Below, piece after piece: positions 52,288-63,186 of a stretch of DNA of 64,000 nucleotides; positions within the stretch are counted from its first letter, which is position 1; each line of letters opens with the position of its first letter. The stretch spans positions 18,868 through 82,867 of the forward strand of contig PEQM01000033.1 of the NCBI GenBank assembly GCA_002786205.1. The letters run 5' to 3'. A program made the position numbers and the translations under genes. Below the pieces are notes generated by a model. It did no database searches and was not told the DNA's origin. It was given only the letters and a program-made list of their open reading frames with translations. The stretch is from Legionella sp. Lineage in GTDB: Bacteria > Pseudomonadota > Gammaproteobacteria > Legionellales > Legionellaceae.

Positions 52288-52315
52288 ATTTAACTTAAGA
52301 AAATGACCATGTCAA
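52287..52315 (-). promoter_or_regulatory. Candidate sigma-70 promoter for the riboswitch transcript
   Basis: Minus strand TTGACA-17 nt-TAAATT immediately before aptamer 1. Confidence 0.55.
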
Positions 52316-52422
52316 GTTCACCTGGCTTACATTTAAGACAACTGTATGCCTCATTTTTTTTCATGTTCGTGCTAATCCATTGGGGCGTGTTGACCATTGC
52401 CCCAGGTATTAACACACCAATT

Positions 52423-53649
52423 TTATGGTGCAAAAGATCGCTGGGTTTCATCTACTACTTTAATCGCTGACAGTCTACTAAAAAAAGGGCTGGCTCTACT
52501 TGCTATGCTGCGTTTATTCATGGCGTCACTAACCGCTTGCAAGTCTAATGCCTCCAAACGTGAAATCAGGCGTTCTTGTTTATCCAATAAGGCATAATTT
52601 CGACTGTTGTTTTTTTCTAAATCAACTTTAACTTCTTCCAGTTCGCTTTGCGTATGATTTAATCGATCTATAAATTGAGAGGCACTCGCGTACTCTAATT
52701 GTAGTAACTGTGCCAATTTAGCCTCGAAAGCCTGCTTTTGTGCTTGTTCCTCCAAGACTTGCCCAGACAAAACAGCAACAACTTGCTGTAGAGAGTCCGA
52801 TACATGTTTGGCTTTTGCTACTTCAGTGGTCATGGAATGCCTCAAAGTACGAAGCTCATGCACCTGTGTTGTCAGTAAATTTTGTGCCTCTTGGTATTGA
52901 TGCGTAACCTTCTCTAACTGCTCCTGATTTTCTTGTATCAATTGCTGTTGCGTTGAGTTCGACTGCCTTAACGCCAAAGCCTCATCCTCTAAGCGTTTTT
53001 TTAGTGTTCGCAAATGATCGCTGGTTTCAATTAGCTCTTCAACTTGATTAGCCAATCGATTGGTTTCATCCTGAAGATTAGAAACCTGGGTGGCTAATTT
53101 ATAATTTTCTTCTTTGAATTTATTAATTTCGGCCATCAAGCGAAATCTGATTTTATCCAAAGCCACAATAGTAATTTCCAAAATATCAGCAATGCTCGAA
53201 ATTCCATCTTTGATTTTTTGTTTGAGGTCTGTATTACAGGAGTGATGATCTTCAAGAACAATGCCTGCGGTAGTATAAGCAACACCTGTGGCTCCGCCTA
53301 AAATAAGCAACGTTCCAATACTTGCCGCAACACCCATGAATAAAGGCGGCATGGTCAATACCAACCCTGTTCCTACTTTTTTCCATGCAGGCCATGTACC
53401 CCATGCATCTGCTGCACGCGATACCATACTTGGATTACTAGCAATGGTATCAATAATAATGCTTAAATTTCTTTTGACATCCGCTATGTGCTGTTTGGTT
53501 TTAATAATTTCATCTAAATTAGAATGAAGTTCTAAAGTGGAATCTGCTTCTGCTGCCTCAGCGGCTGCTTGGGCAGCACAAACAAGGGCTTCTGGTTTCT
53601 TTTGTACGGTTGCTAACAGCTTAGCCAACTCTTGTTCTTCTGTAACCAT
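52423..53649 (-). CDS. LegC2/C7 (YlfA/YlfB)-like coiled-coil Dot/Icm effector
   Basis: IIDTIASNPSMVSRAADAWG.WPAWKKVGTG followed by two hydrophobic segments, LEDHH, and a long coiled coil. Confidence 0.8.
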   Translation of the reverse strand: MVTEEQELAKLLATVQKKPEALVCAAQAAAEAAEADSTLELHSNLDEIIKTKQHIADVKRNLSIIIDTIASNPSMVSRAADAWGTWPAWKKVGTGLVLTMPPLFMGVAASIGTLLILGGATGVAYTTAGIVLEDHHSCNTDLKQKIKDGISSIADILEITIVALDKIRFRLMAEINKFKEENYKLATQVSNLQDETNRLANQVEELIETSDHLRTLKKRLEDEALALRQSNSTQQQLIQENQEQLEKVTHQYQEAQNLLTTQVHELRTLRHSMTTEVAKAKHVSDSLQQVVAVLSGQVLEEQAQKQAFEAKLAQLLQLEYASASQFIDRLNHTQSELEEVKVDLEKNNSRNYALLDKQERLISRLEALDLQAVSDAMNKRSIASRASPFFSRLSAIKVVDETQRSFAP

Positions 53650-53656
53650 AGCAGCA

Positions 53657-53691
53657 TCTCCTTAAGAGTAAAAATAATCCTTTACCTCTTA
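53657..53691 (-). promoter_or_regulatory. Candidate CsrA site (GGA-loop hairpin plus AAGGA RBS)
   Basis: Minus strand TAAGAGGTAAA-GGATTAT-TTTTACTCTTA-AGGAGA just before the start codon. Confidence 0.55.
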
Positions 53692-53932
53692 TTTTTAATC
53701 ATAACGCTCTGAAAATACAAGAACTAATTTTTTGCGATTTCAAGTGATGAAAAACAATTTCTCTATTTTTTAAAATCAAACAGCATCCTAATGGAAATTT
53801 TATGACTATTTTTATCAAATATTGATACAATCACACCTTCATACTGATAATCAACTGCTTAGAAAAATTACTAAACAAATTTAATGGAAAAATGAAGCAA
53901 GGAACGCTCTATTTTTATACAGGAACTGCTTT

Positions 53933-56821
53933 ATGACATTCACAATAGGTCAACGTTGGATTAGCAATACAGAGTCTCAGCTTGGTTTAGGCATTATTAC
54001 ACGTTTAGAAGGACGCCAAATTGGCATCCAATTTCCTGCCGCAGAAGAAGAACGAATTTATGCCATCAATAATGCACCTTTAAGTCGCATTATTTACAAA
54101 GAAGGCGAAGAAATTACCACGAATGAAAATAATAAAATTACTATTACCGCCGTCAATGAACACCAGGGACTAATGATTTATTCAGGCGTGAACGAAGCTA
54201 ATGAAGAGGTTCATATTACCGAGCTGTCTCTAAATTGCTTTATCCAATTTAATTCACCGGAAAAACGTTTATACAGCGGTCTACTAGATAAATTAGAGTC
54301 TTTTAAATTAAGAATCGATACATTAAACCATGAAAGTCGCTTGCAGCAGTCTCCAGTCCGGGGATTACTAGGAGCAAGAACCAGCCACTTGCCTCATCAA
54401 GTCTACATAGCAAGCGAAGTTGCACAACGTTATGCACCACGTGTGTTACTCGCCGATGAAGTCGGGTTAGGGAAAACTATTGAAGCGGGTATGATTTTGC
54501 ATTATCAATTACATACAGGACGAGCAAGAAAATTATTAATCGTCGTGCCTGAAAGTTTAATTCATCAATGGCTTGTTGAGATGATACGACGCTTTAATAT
54601 TCATTGCTCTATCCTGGATAAAAATCGTTATGATACTTTAAATGAAGTGTCTTCTGAGCTTGATGATGAAGAGCAAAATGAGTTTTCCTGGACTAAAAGT
54701 ACCAATCAAGCCAATCCCTTCGACAGCGAAGATTTGGTTTTATGTAGCCTCGATTTTCTCATGAATCATCAGGAGGCAGCCTATCAGGCATTACAAGTTG
54801 ATTGGGATTTGGTAGTCGTTGATGAGGCTCACCATTTGCAATGGTCAGAACAAAGCATAAGCCCTGAGTATGCCTATATAGAAAAACTCGCTGCCTCGAC
54901 TAAAGGACTACTCCTTTTAACCGCGACCCCCGAACAGGTAGGAATAGACAGTCATTTTGCGCGGTTACGTTTACTAGATCCTTCCCGTTTTTACGATATT
55001 AACGTTTTTAAAAAAGAAGAACTACGCTATAAAGAAATCAATCAGCTGGTACAAAGCTTACTGACTTTTCACACAGCCCACCTTGAGCAGCCTTTACCCG
55101 AAACACTATTGACTGCTGTCCAACAGTATCTGGGTAGCTCTTGTTCTACTCAGACAATGACCATTATTCAGCAACTATTGGACAGGCATGGCACCGGACG
55201 CGTTTTATTTCGTAATACTCGCGCCGCTATTCAAGGATTTCCAAAACGGATACTCCAATCCTATCCTTTACCCAACCCAGCCGTGTACCGCTCTCTAGCT
55301 CAGTTAAATAGTCTTGATCCCCTTTATCCAGAAAGTGCTTTACAAGAAAATGAGTTTTGGCTAGAACATGATCCCAGAGCCCCTTGGTTAAACGAAATAC
55401 TAAAACATCTAGCCCCTCAAAAAGTATTAATTATTTGCTCTAAAGCAAAAACTGCCATCGCTTTAGAACGTTATTTAAAACTAAAAGCAGGTATTCGCAG
55501 TATTGCATTCCATGAAGGGCTATCTCTTATCGAAAGAGATAGGGCAGCAGAATATTTTGCAACTCAAGAGAATGGCGCCCAGACTCTCATTTGCTCAGAA
55601 ATAGGCAGTGAAGGTCGTAATTTTCAATTCGCCCACCATCTGGTTTTATTCGATCTGCCGATGAATCCTGATTTAATAGAACAACGAATTGGTCGCCTGG
55701 ATAGAATAGGACAACAACAAACTATCCATATTCATGTACCTTACTTAAGCGATACCGCACAAGAACTTCTTTTTCGCTGGTATCACGAAGGACTACATTT
55801 ATTTGAACAAAGCTGTGCCATTGGTTTTTCTGTTTATGAACATTTTGCAGAACGCTTAAATCCTTTTATTCAGCAACATCAATTAAACCAAGAAGATTTT
55901 AACACGCTGATTCAAGATACCCAGCAACATACAGAAAAACTACAGCGCAGTTTGCAAGAAGGAAGAGATAAATTACTGGAAATGAATTCCTGTAATATGC
56001 CTGTTGCATTGGCATTAATAGAACAAATTGAAGCAGAAGAAAATGTTCTGGATCTTGAAAACTATATGAGTAAAGTTTTTCAAGAATATGGGATAGAGCA
56101 TGAGCATCATTCTGAACACAGTGAAATTTTACGCCCTTCTGGTCATATGAAAATGGGGCATTTCCCTGGATTAAGTGAAGAAGGGAATGTTGTCACTTAT
56201 TCACGAAATAAAGCTTTGGCTCACGAAGACATTCAATTTTTGAGCTGGGAACATCCTATGGTCAGTGAGGCCATGGAAATGATTCTTGAAAGTGAGCTCG
56301 GTAATGCGACCCTGGCAAGTATTGCCATTAAAAGTATTCCAGCAGGGGCAGTCTTTCTAGAAACTTTTTTTACTATTAATTGTGCAGCACCGAAAACGCT
56401 CCAGCTCGATCGCTTTGTACCTTTAAGTCCTATTCGTCTTTTAGTCGATGCAACAGGTAAAAACCTAAGCCAAATATTAAGTTACACTCAACTAAATAGC
56501 CTATGCCAATCCATTAAACGTCATTTGGGTTATCCTATTATTACTCAAATTCAATCATCTATTGAAGACATGCTGGCTAAAAGTAAAATATTAGCCCAGC
56601 AACAGATGGAGGCCACATTGATTCTTGCAGAAGAAAAGATGAGTGAGCACAGAACTCAAGAGCTGGTTCGTTTACAAGCCTTGCAAAAAATCAATCCTGC
56701 TATTCGAGATGAAGAGATCTCTTTTATAGAAGAACAAAAAAATCAAGGCGTCTATCACATCCAGCATGCCACGTTAAGATTACAAGCAATTAGAGTCATC
56801 ATTAACACCGCAGCATCCTAG
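53933..56821 (+). CDS. rapA: RNA polymerase-associated SWI/SNF ATPase RapA
   Basis: GQRWISNTESQLGLG, LADEVGLGKT, VVDEAHH, LTATP, GSEGRNFQ, EQRIGRLDRIGQ. Confidence 0.97.
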   Translation: MTFTIGQRWISNTESQLGLGIITRLEGRQIGIQFPAAEEERIYAINNAPLSRIIYKEGEEITTNENNKITITAVNEHQGLMIYSGVNEANEEVHITELSLNCFIQFNSPEKRLYSGLLDKLESFKLRIDTLNHESRLQQSPVRGLLGARTSHLPHQVYIASEVAQRYAPRVLLADEVGLGKTIEAGMILHYQLHTGRARKLLIVVPESLIHQWLVEMIRRFNIHCSILDKNRYDTLNEVSSELDDEEQNEFSWTKSTNQANPFDSEDLVLCSLDFLMNHQEAAYQALQVDWDLVVVDEAHHLQWSEQSISPEYAYIEKLAASTKGLLLLTATPEQVGIDSHFARLRLLDPSRFYDINVFKKEELRYKEINQLVQSLLTFHTAHLEQPLPETLLTAVQQYLGSSCSTQTMTIIQQLLDRHGTGRVLFRNTRAAIQGFPKRILQSYPLPNPAVYRSLAQLNSLDPLYPESALQENEFWLEHDPRAPWLNEILKHLAPQKVLIICSKAKTAIALERYLKLKAGIRSIAFHEGLSLIERDRAAEYFATQENGAQTLICSEIGSEGRNFQFAHHLVLFDLPMNPDLIEQRIGRLDRIGQQQTIHIHVPYLSDTAQELLFRWYHEGLHLFEQSCAIGFSVYEHFAERLNPFIQQHQLNQEDFNTLIQDTQQHTEKLQRSLQEGRDKLLEMNSCNMPVALALIEQIEAEENVLDLENYMSKVFQEYGIEHEHHSEHSEILRPSGHMKMGHFPGLSEEGNVVTYSRNKALAHEDIQFLSWEHPMVSEAMEMILESELGNATLASIAIKSIPAGAVFLETFFTINCAAPKTLQLDRFVPLSPIRLLVDATGKNLSQILSYTQLNSLCQSIKRHLGYPIITQIQSSIEDMLAKSKILAQQQMEATLILAEEKMSEHRTQELVRLQALQKINPAIRDEEISFIEEQKNQGVYHIQHATLRLQAIRVIINTAAS

Positions 56822-56824
56822 TTA

Positions 56825-56865
56825 AAAATGATGAAACAGGCAACCCTGGTCTGTTTCATCATTTT
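56825..56865. terminator. Hairpin after rapA
   Basis: AAAATGATGAAACAG...CTGTTTCATCATTTT, a 15-bp perfect IR. Confidence 0.55.
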
Positions 56866-57176
56866 AGTTGATCTTTTCTATATCATACGCGCTACAATAT
56901 GAGCTTATCTTCGCTACTTAAAAAAGAGCGCTGAGGCTATGATAAAATGAAATTCCTACATAAATCACCAAAGGCAAACCTCTCATTAAATGCATCATCA
57001 TCTGTCTCCTTCTCTTCACCTCTCTCTTCCATTCAAGAAGCATGCCGAATTCAACAGACCGCTTTCAAAAAAATAAGAGCATGGTCAGCTCATTAAGATG
57101 AAAAGACCGTAGCGATAAGGCAATTTGACTTTGCAATAACATTCCAAACAAGACTTACTGTAGTATGAATTATTCT

Positions 57177-58193
57177 TCAATTAAAAGCCTCTGTTGCTAA
57201 GGGCCAACGCGCTTTAACTGCCACAGCCCAGTCTTTATCTTGCTGTCCTAACATCAGCCTTAAAGAGCCTGCGTAAGCAACCATCGCACCATTATCCGTG
57301 CAATATTCCATAGCCGGAAAAAAAACTTCGCCTTTTATTGCCGCCATGTGATTTTGTAAGGCCAAACGCAAAGATTTATTAGCCCCCACTCCGCCAGCCA
57401 CTACCAAGCGATGATACTGTGTTTGTTCCAGAGCACGTTTGCATTTAATCACTAAAGTTTCTACTACAGCCTGTTGAAAGGCTTTGGCTATTTCAAGACG
57501 ATCTTGGGACTCTTTATTGCTTTTGTTCCACGTTGTTAATGCATGCGTTTTCAACCCACTAAAACTAAAATCCAAACCAGGCCTGTCCGTCATAGGGCGA
57601 GGAAAACGATAAGGCGTACTCGCACATTGATCAGCAAGATCAGCCAAAACAGCACCGCCAGGATAAGGAATACCCATAAGCTTTGCTGTTTTATCAAAGG
57701 CCTCTCCTACCGCATCATCTAATGTATCGCCTAATAAAGAGTAGTCTCCTAAAGCACGGACTTCTATTAATTGACAGTGCCCCCCAGAAACCAATAAAGC
57801 AAGAAAAGGAAAGCTTAATGTCGGTGTTTCTAATTGGGCAGCAAGTAAATGAGCTTCAAGATGATGAATACCTAAAGCCGGGATATTTAATGCATACGCG
57901 AGGCTTTTTGCAAAACAAGAACCCACTAGCAACGCACCAATCAAACCAGGTCCTGCCGTATAGGCAATCGCATCCAAATCTTTTTTAGCAAGCCCCGCTC
58001 CGGCTAAGGCCTCATCCAGCAGAGGAATTAATCTATTGATGTGATCACGTGATGCCAGCTCAGGAACCACGCCCCCATGTACTCGATGAGTTTCTATTTG
58101 GGAATGTAAGGCATGAGACAACAAACCTTTTTCTGAATCATAAATCGCAATACCTGTTTCATCACAAGAAGACTCAATACCTAATACTCTCAT
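57177..58193 (-). CDS. tsaD: tRNA t6A threonylcarbamoyltransferase TsaD
   Basis: [42 protein letters not shown]. Confidence 0.98.
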   Translation of the reverse strand: MRVLGIESSCDETGIAIYDSEKGLLSHALHSQIETHRVHGGVVPELASRDHINRLIPLLDEALAGAGLAKKDLDAIAYTAGPGLIGALLVGSCFAKSLAYALNIPALGIHHLEAHLLAAQLETPTLSFPFLALLVSGGHCQLIEVRALGDYSLLGDTLDDAVGEAFDKTAKLMGIPYPGGAVLADLADQCASTPYRFPRPMTDRPGLDFSFSGLKTHALTTWNKSNKESQDRLEIAKAFQQAVVETLVIKCKRALEQTQYHRLVVAGGVGANKSLRLALQNHMAAIKGEVFFPAMEYCTDNGAMVAYAGSLRLMLGQQDKDWAVAVKARWPLATEAFN

Positions 58194-58279
58194 GCCCAAC
58201 CCCAAACGAAACGTTAACAAATAAAGCACAGATTATACCATTATTTAATAAAATATCTGTAAAAGTTATCAGATTAAAC

Positions 58280-58308
58280 TTGACGAGGGCTTCATCTGGC
58301 ACTAGAAT
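58280..58308 (+). promoter_or_regulatory. Sigma-70 promoter of the rpsU operon
   Basis: TTGACG-17 nt-TAGAAT. Confidence 0.7.
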
Positions 58309-58347
58309 TCACCATCTATGAGATAAAATAACCAGAGGATTAGTTTA

Positions 58348-58578
58348 ATGCCTACAATTCGCGTAAAAGAAGGCGAAAACCCAGAATATGCACTGCGCCG
58401 ATTTAAGCGCTCTTGTGAAAAAGCCGGTATTTTAACTGAATTACGTCGCCGTGAGTTTTATGAAAAACCAACTGCTGAGCGCAAACGCAAACAAGCAGCA
58501 GCGGTTAAACGTCATTTAAAAAAGATTTCTCGTGATGTCTCTTCATCGCGTCGTGGAACAAAACACCGTCGCAAATAA
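58348..58578 (+). CDS. rpsU: 30S ribosomal protein S21
   Basis: [25 protein letters not shown]. Confidence 0.98.
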   Translation: MPTIRVKEGENPEYALRRFKRSCEKAGILTELRRREFYEKPTAERKRKQAAAVKRHLKKISRDVSSSRRGTKHRRK

Positions 58579-58607
58579 GGTGTTCTTTCACATAAAATAA
58601 AATGCTT

Positions 58608-58639
58608 AAGGTCACTCTCAGGTGGCCTTTTGCTTTTTT
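58608..58639 (+). terminator. Terminator/attenuator after rpsU
   Basis: AAGGTCAC-tctcag-GTGGCCTT followed by T runs. Confidence 0.65.
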
Positions 58640-58747
58640 ACTTGGGAAAACCCTATTTTATTTAAATCGGTGTTGCCATACCGCTTGATCATACGCCTTA
58701 AAAAGAAACTTCAAATAACGTCACTACCTGCATTTTAAGGAACGAAC

Positions 58748-59191
58748 ATGAATATTAAAGAACAAATTACTAATGACATCAAAGATGCCATGCGCGCCAA
58801 AGATAAAAATGTGCTCAGCACTTTAAGATTAATCACAGCAGCAGTAAAACAAATTGAAGTTGACGAACGTATTGATGTTGATGAAGACCGTATGCTCGTT
58901 ATTTTAGATAAAATGACTAAACAACGAAAAGAATCCATAGCTCAATACCAAAAAGCCAATCGCGATGATTTGGTCGCTCAAGAGCAATTTGAACTTGAAA
59001 TTATTGCTAAATACATGCCAGAGCCTTTTTCTTCCGAAGAAATAAACCTTTTAATTCAAGAAGCTATCAAAGAAACAGGCGCAGAAAAAATGTCTGATAT
59101 GGGTAAAGTCATGGCTCTATTAAAAAACAAGTTACAAGGTAGAGCCGACATGGCGCTAGTCAGTAGCTTAATCAAGGCTCAATTGAGTTAG
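58748..59191 (+). CDS. yqeY: GatB/YqeY domain protein
   Basis: DIKDAMRAKD..LSTLRLI, KQRKESIAQY, DMGKVM. Confidence 0.92.
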   Translation: MNIKEQITNDIKDAMRAKDKNVLSTLRLITAAVKQIEVDERIDVDEDRMLVILDKMTKQRKESIAQYQKANRDDLVAQEQFELEIIAKYMPEPFSSEEINLLIQEAIKETGAEKMSDMGKVMALLKNKLQGRADMALVSSLIKAQLS

Positions 59192-59194
59192 TTA

Positions 59195-60919
59195 ATGTCT
59201 GGCTTAATACCTCAGCCATTTTTAGACGAGATCTTACATCGTACTGATCTTGTTGAACTGATAGACAGTTACGTGCCTTTAAAGAAAAGAGGCAACAGCC
59301 ATACGGCTTGTTGTCCTTTTCACAATGAAAAGTCGCCTTCTTTTAATGTAGTTGCCCGTAAGCAATTTTACCATTGCTTCGGCTGTGGCGCATCTGGAAA
59401 TGCCATTAGTTTCGTTATGAATTACCTGCATCTTGGTTTTCCTGAGGCCATTGATCACCTGGCCAATCGTTTAGGATTAACTGTTCCCAGAGAAGGCCTT
59501 CCAGAAAAAAAGCAAAATTTTAATCAACTGTATACGCTTCTTGCCAAAGTAAGTAATTACTATCAAAAAAAATTAAAATACGAAGGACAGACGGCAGTCG
59601 CTTATTTAAAAAACCGTGGCGTTAGCGGATCTATTGCCAAATTATATCAATTAGGCTTTGCTCCAGAAGGTTGGCATTTATTAGAACAAGCATTTCCCAA
59701 TTCTATTGATGAATTACAAACTACAGGCATGCTGATTAAAAATGATGACGGCAAGATATACGACCGATACCGTAACCGCATCATGTTTCCTATACACGAT
59801 CGTCAAGGTCGCATTATCGGATTTGGCGGCAGAGTCTTGGAAAAAGAACAAAAACCCAAATATTTAAACTCACCAGAAACCATATTATTTCAAAAAAGCC
59901 GTGAACTATATGGCTTACATCAGGTATTGAGTCAACAAAAAAGCATAGATTCCATTATCATCGTAGAAGGCTACATGGATGTGATTGCCTTAGCACAACA
60001 TGGCGTGAATAATGTGGTGGCAACTTTGGGAACGGCAACCAGTGCACATCATATTAAGCTGCTTGCAAAACACACGCAGCGCATCCTTTTTTGCTTTGAT
60101 GGCGATGCCGCAGGAAAACAAGCAGCATGGCGGGGCTTGGAAAGCAGTTTAAGTCACTTAGGTTCCGGTTTGGATATACGTTTTATGTTTTTACCTGATG
60201 GACATGATCCCGATAGCCTAATCCGAGAAGAAGGACAAGCCTCCTTTTTAGAACGAACGAAAAACGCCCTCCCCTTAAATCGTTTATTTTTTGACACGTT
60301 ATCTCATGCCATTGATTTAAGTACACCAGCAGGCAAAACCCAGTTAATTAATGCGGCCAATCCTTTATTACAAAAAATAGAAGAAGGCCCGTATAAACAA
60401 TTAATGCTAGATGATTTGGCACGCTTAACTCGGATGGAAGCACATAGATTACAAGCAATAATCCATTCCCCTCACAAAGAACCCCCACCAATTGAATCTA
60501 ATGCTGCTATTGCTCGCTCCCCATTAAGAATAGCCATTGCTTTATTATTACAAAATCCAGAAATTTATTTAAAAAATCAAAATGCAATCGATCTTGCTTT
60601 ATTTAATGACAAAGAACATCACATTTTATTACAAATACTACTACACTTAAAAAACGCGCCTCAATCAAATACAGCATCTTTGGTAGAAGCATGGAGAGAC
60701 AGCAGCTATTTTGAAGCCATTAACAAATTGGCATCTTGGGAGCATCAAGTACCCGAACAAGAGCAGGACAAAGAATTCCTGGATATTATTTTCTTTTTAC
60801 AAAAAAAGAATAACGACTTGATTATTAAAGAATTAATAAAAAAATCAGGTCAACAGGGTTTATCTGAAACCGAACGAATGACCTTGCAAGAACTATTAAG
60901 GAAAAAGCATGAACACTAA
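59195..60919 (+). CDS. dnaG: DNA primase
   Basis: CPFHNEKSPSF..YHCFGCG, PKYLNSPET, VEGYMDV, FDGDAAG, HDPD. Confidence 0.98.
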   Translation: MSGLIPQPFLDEILHRTDLVELIDSYVPLKKRGNSHTACCPFHNEKSPSFNVVARKQFYHCFGCGASGNAISFVMNYLHLGFPEAIDHLANRLGLTVPREGLPEKKQNFNQLYTLLAKVSNYYQKKLKYEGQTAVAYLKNRGVSGSIAKLYQLGFAPEGWHLLEQAFPNSIDELQTTGMLIKNDDGKIYDRYRNRIMFPIHDRQGRIIGFGGRVLEKEQKPKYLNSPETILFQKSRELYGLHQVLSQQKSIDSIIIVEGYMDVIALAQHGVNNVVATLGTATSAHHIKLLAKHTQRILFCFDGDAAGKQAAWRGLESSLSHLGSGLDIRFMFLPDGHDPDSLIREEGQASFLERTKNALPLNRLFFDTLSHAIDLSTPAGKTQLINAANPLLQKIEEGPYKQLMLDDLARLTRMEAHRLQAIIHSPHKEPPPIESNAAIARSPLRIAIALLLQNPEIYLKNQNAIDLALFNDKEHHILLQILLHLKNAPQSNTASLVEAWRDSSYFEAINKLASWEHQVPEQEQDKEFLDIIFFLQKKNNDLIIKELIKKSGQQGLSETERMTLQELLRKKHEH

Positions 60920-61023
60920 GTATATATAAAATAAAAAATACAAACACTGGCATGTTGCATTAACCCAGTCTATAATCAAAAAATTTGCAATTTTCAATCG
61001 TCTTTAAAAGAAGTGCCTATACT

Positions 61024-62892
61024 ATGAAAGTGAATGACCATGAACAGCAAAGCTCACAAATTACCAAAGTCATCAGCCTAGGTAAAGAACAAGGGTATCT
61101 GACTTACAGTCAAATTAACGATCTACTTCCCAACATTGTAGATACTGAACACTTTGATGTAATCATTAGTATGCTTGAGGGCATGAACATCAAAGTATTC
61201 GAGCTACCACCTAGCGATGATGAACTGGCTTTATTACTTAATACAGAAGAAGTGCCAGACATAGAAGAAGCCGCCATGGTCCTGGCATCAGTAGATAAAG
61301 AAACAGGCCGAACCACGGATCCTGTCAGAATGTACATGCGCGAAATGGGAACTGTTGAGTTACTCACTCGTGAAGGCGAAATTCGCATAGCCAAGCGTAT
61401 AGAAGAAGGCATTTATCAAGTTCTTAAATCGCTTGCACACTACCCCGAAACCATTCAGCTGGTTCTGGAAGACTACGAGCGTTTCCTTGCAGAAGAAATT
61501 CGCTTGAATGAAATTATCAGCGGTTTTGCAGATGTGGATGACGAATCCGCACCCGCCTCCAGTATTGGTTCCATGCTCGATGAAGAGCAACAAAGTAATG
61601 ACCTTCTTGATATAGATGATACCGAAGACGATGACGGAGAAGGCGGATTAAGTGAAGTTGATGATGGCCCTAATCCAGAGCAAGCCAAAATTTATTTTGA
61701 TGAGCTAAGAGACAATTACACTAATGCAATCAATGCCGTTGCAGAGCTTGGCAAAAGCAATGTCAAAGCAGCGAGTCTTATCGAATTGATGTCTGAATCA
61801 TTCTTAAAGTTAAAGCTTACTTCACGACAAGTTGACCGATTAACTCGCCATTTTCGACAGTTACGCAATCATATTAGAGAGTATGAACGTAATATTATGC
61901 GTCTTTGTATTGAGAGAGCACGCATACCAAGAAAACTGTTCATCGAAACCTTTCCAGGGCAAGAAACCGACTTAAAATGGCTTGATTCTGTTCTCACAAA
62001 GAATGCCAAAAAACTGGATTTAAATCGCATAGAAGAATACAGAGAAGACATTTTACATCTACAATCAAAGCTGGCTTCTTTTGAGTTAGAGTTTGGTTTA
62101 AGCATTATGGAAATAAAAGACATCAACCGCAAAATGTCCATAGGCGAAGCAAAAGCACGCCGTGCTAAAAAAGAAATGGTTGAGGCCAATTTAAGACTGG
62201 TAATCTCTATTGCAAAAAAATACACCAACCGTGGCCTACAATTTCTTGATTTGATTCAAGAAGGTAATATTGGTTTAATGAAAGCAGTCGATAAATTTGA
62301 GTACCGTCGTGGTTATAAATTTTCCACCTATGCAACCTGGTGGATTCGACAAGCCATTACCCGTTCTATTGCTGACCAAGCACGAACCATACGTATTCCT
62401 GTACATATGATTGAAACCATCAATAAGCTCAACCGTATTTCCAGACAAATACTACAAGAAACAGGACGTGAAGCAACACCAGAAGAATTGGCAGAAAAGA
62501 TGGAACTCAGTGAGGATAAAATTCGCAAGGTTCTAAAAATAGCAAAAGAGCCAATTTCCATGGAGACACCTGTAGGTGATGACGATGATTCACACTTAGG
62601 TGATTTTATTGAAGACAATAACATTGAATCCCCTATTGATATGGCAACAGCAGAAGGCCTAAGAGAAGCTACGCTAGAGATTCTGGAAACACTGACCCCG
62701 CGTGAAGCCAAAGTACTGCGTATGCGTTTCGGCATAGAAATGAATACCGACCACACGCTGGAAGAAGTAGGCAAACAATTTGATGTCACTCGCGAACGTA
62801 TTCGTCAAATTGAAGCCAAGGCCTTAAGAAAATTACGTCACCCCTCACGCTCAGAAAAACTTAGAAGCTTTTTAGAAGGTGATGAAGGCTAA
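61024..62892 (+). CDS. rpoD: RNA polymerase sigma factor RpoD
   Basis: [58 protein letters not shown]. Confidence 0.99.
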   Translation: MKVNDHEQQSSQITKVISLGKEQGYLTYSQINDLLPNIVDTEHFDVIISMLEGMNIKVFELPPSDDELALLLNTEEVPDIEEAAMVLASVDKETGRTTDPVRMYMREMGTVELLTREGEIRIAKRIEEGIYQVLKSLAHYPETIQLVLEDYERFLAEEIRLNEIISGFADVDDESAPASSIGSMLDEEQQSNDLLDIDDTEDDDGEGGLSEVDDGPNPEQAKIYFDELRDNYTNAINAVAELGKSNVKAASLIELMSESFLKLKLTSRQVDRLTRHFRQLRNHIREYERNIMRLCIERARIPRKLFIETFPGQETDLKWLDSVLTKNAKKLDLNRIEEYREDILHLQSKLASFELEFGLSIMEIKDINRKMSIGEAKARRAKKEMVEANLRLVISIAKKYTNRGLQFLDLIQEGNIGLMKAVDKFEYRRGYKFSTYATWWIRQAITRSIADQARTIRIPVHMIETINKLNRISRQILQETGREATPEELAEKMELSEDKIRKVLKIAKEPISMETPVGDDDDSHLGDFIEDNNIESPIDMATAEGLREATLEILETLTPREAKVLRMRFGIEMNTDHTLEEVGKQFDVTRERIRQIEAKALRKLRHPSRSEKLRSFLEGDEG

Positions 62893-62893
62893 T

Positions 62894-62929
62894 TATTTAG
62901 CCGCTGTTTAAAAAAACAGCGGCTAAATA
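62894..62929. terminator. Hairpin after rpoD
   Basis: TATTTAGCCGCTGTTT...AAACAGCGGCTAAATA. Confidence 0.65.
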
Positions 62930-63008
62930 CCCCACTATTGCCACATTGAAAAAAAATAAAAAAATAGTAGAACATCTTTGAAATTAGGTTTAAAATAACA
63001 CCTTGTTC

Positions 63009-63085
<77 letters not shown>

Positions 63086-63186
63086 ATAAAATCAAGTAGT
63101 TTTAGAAAGTTTAGAAAACTCGTGTAGACGCAATGTAGACACTTTAAGGAAGTAAATTTAATTTTTGACAGCTTGGATTGTTAAGT

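Noticed and set aside
56947-57096. 49-codon ORF (MKFLHKSPK...) between rapA and tsaD
   Set aside because: No recognisable motif or clear RBS, and competing short frames on the other strand. Cannot be supported.
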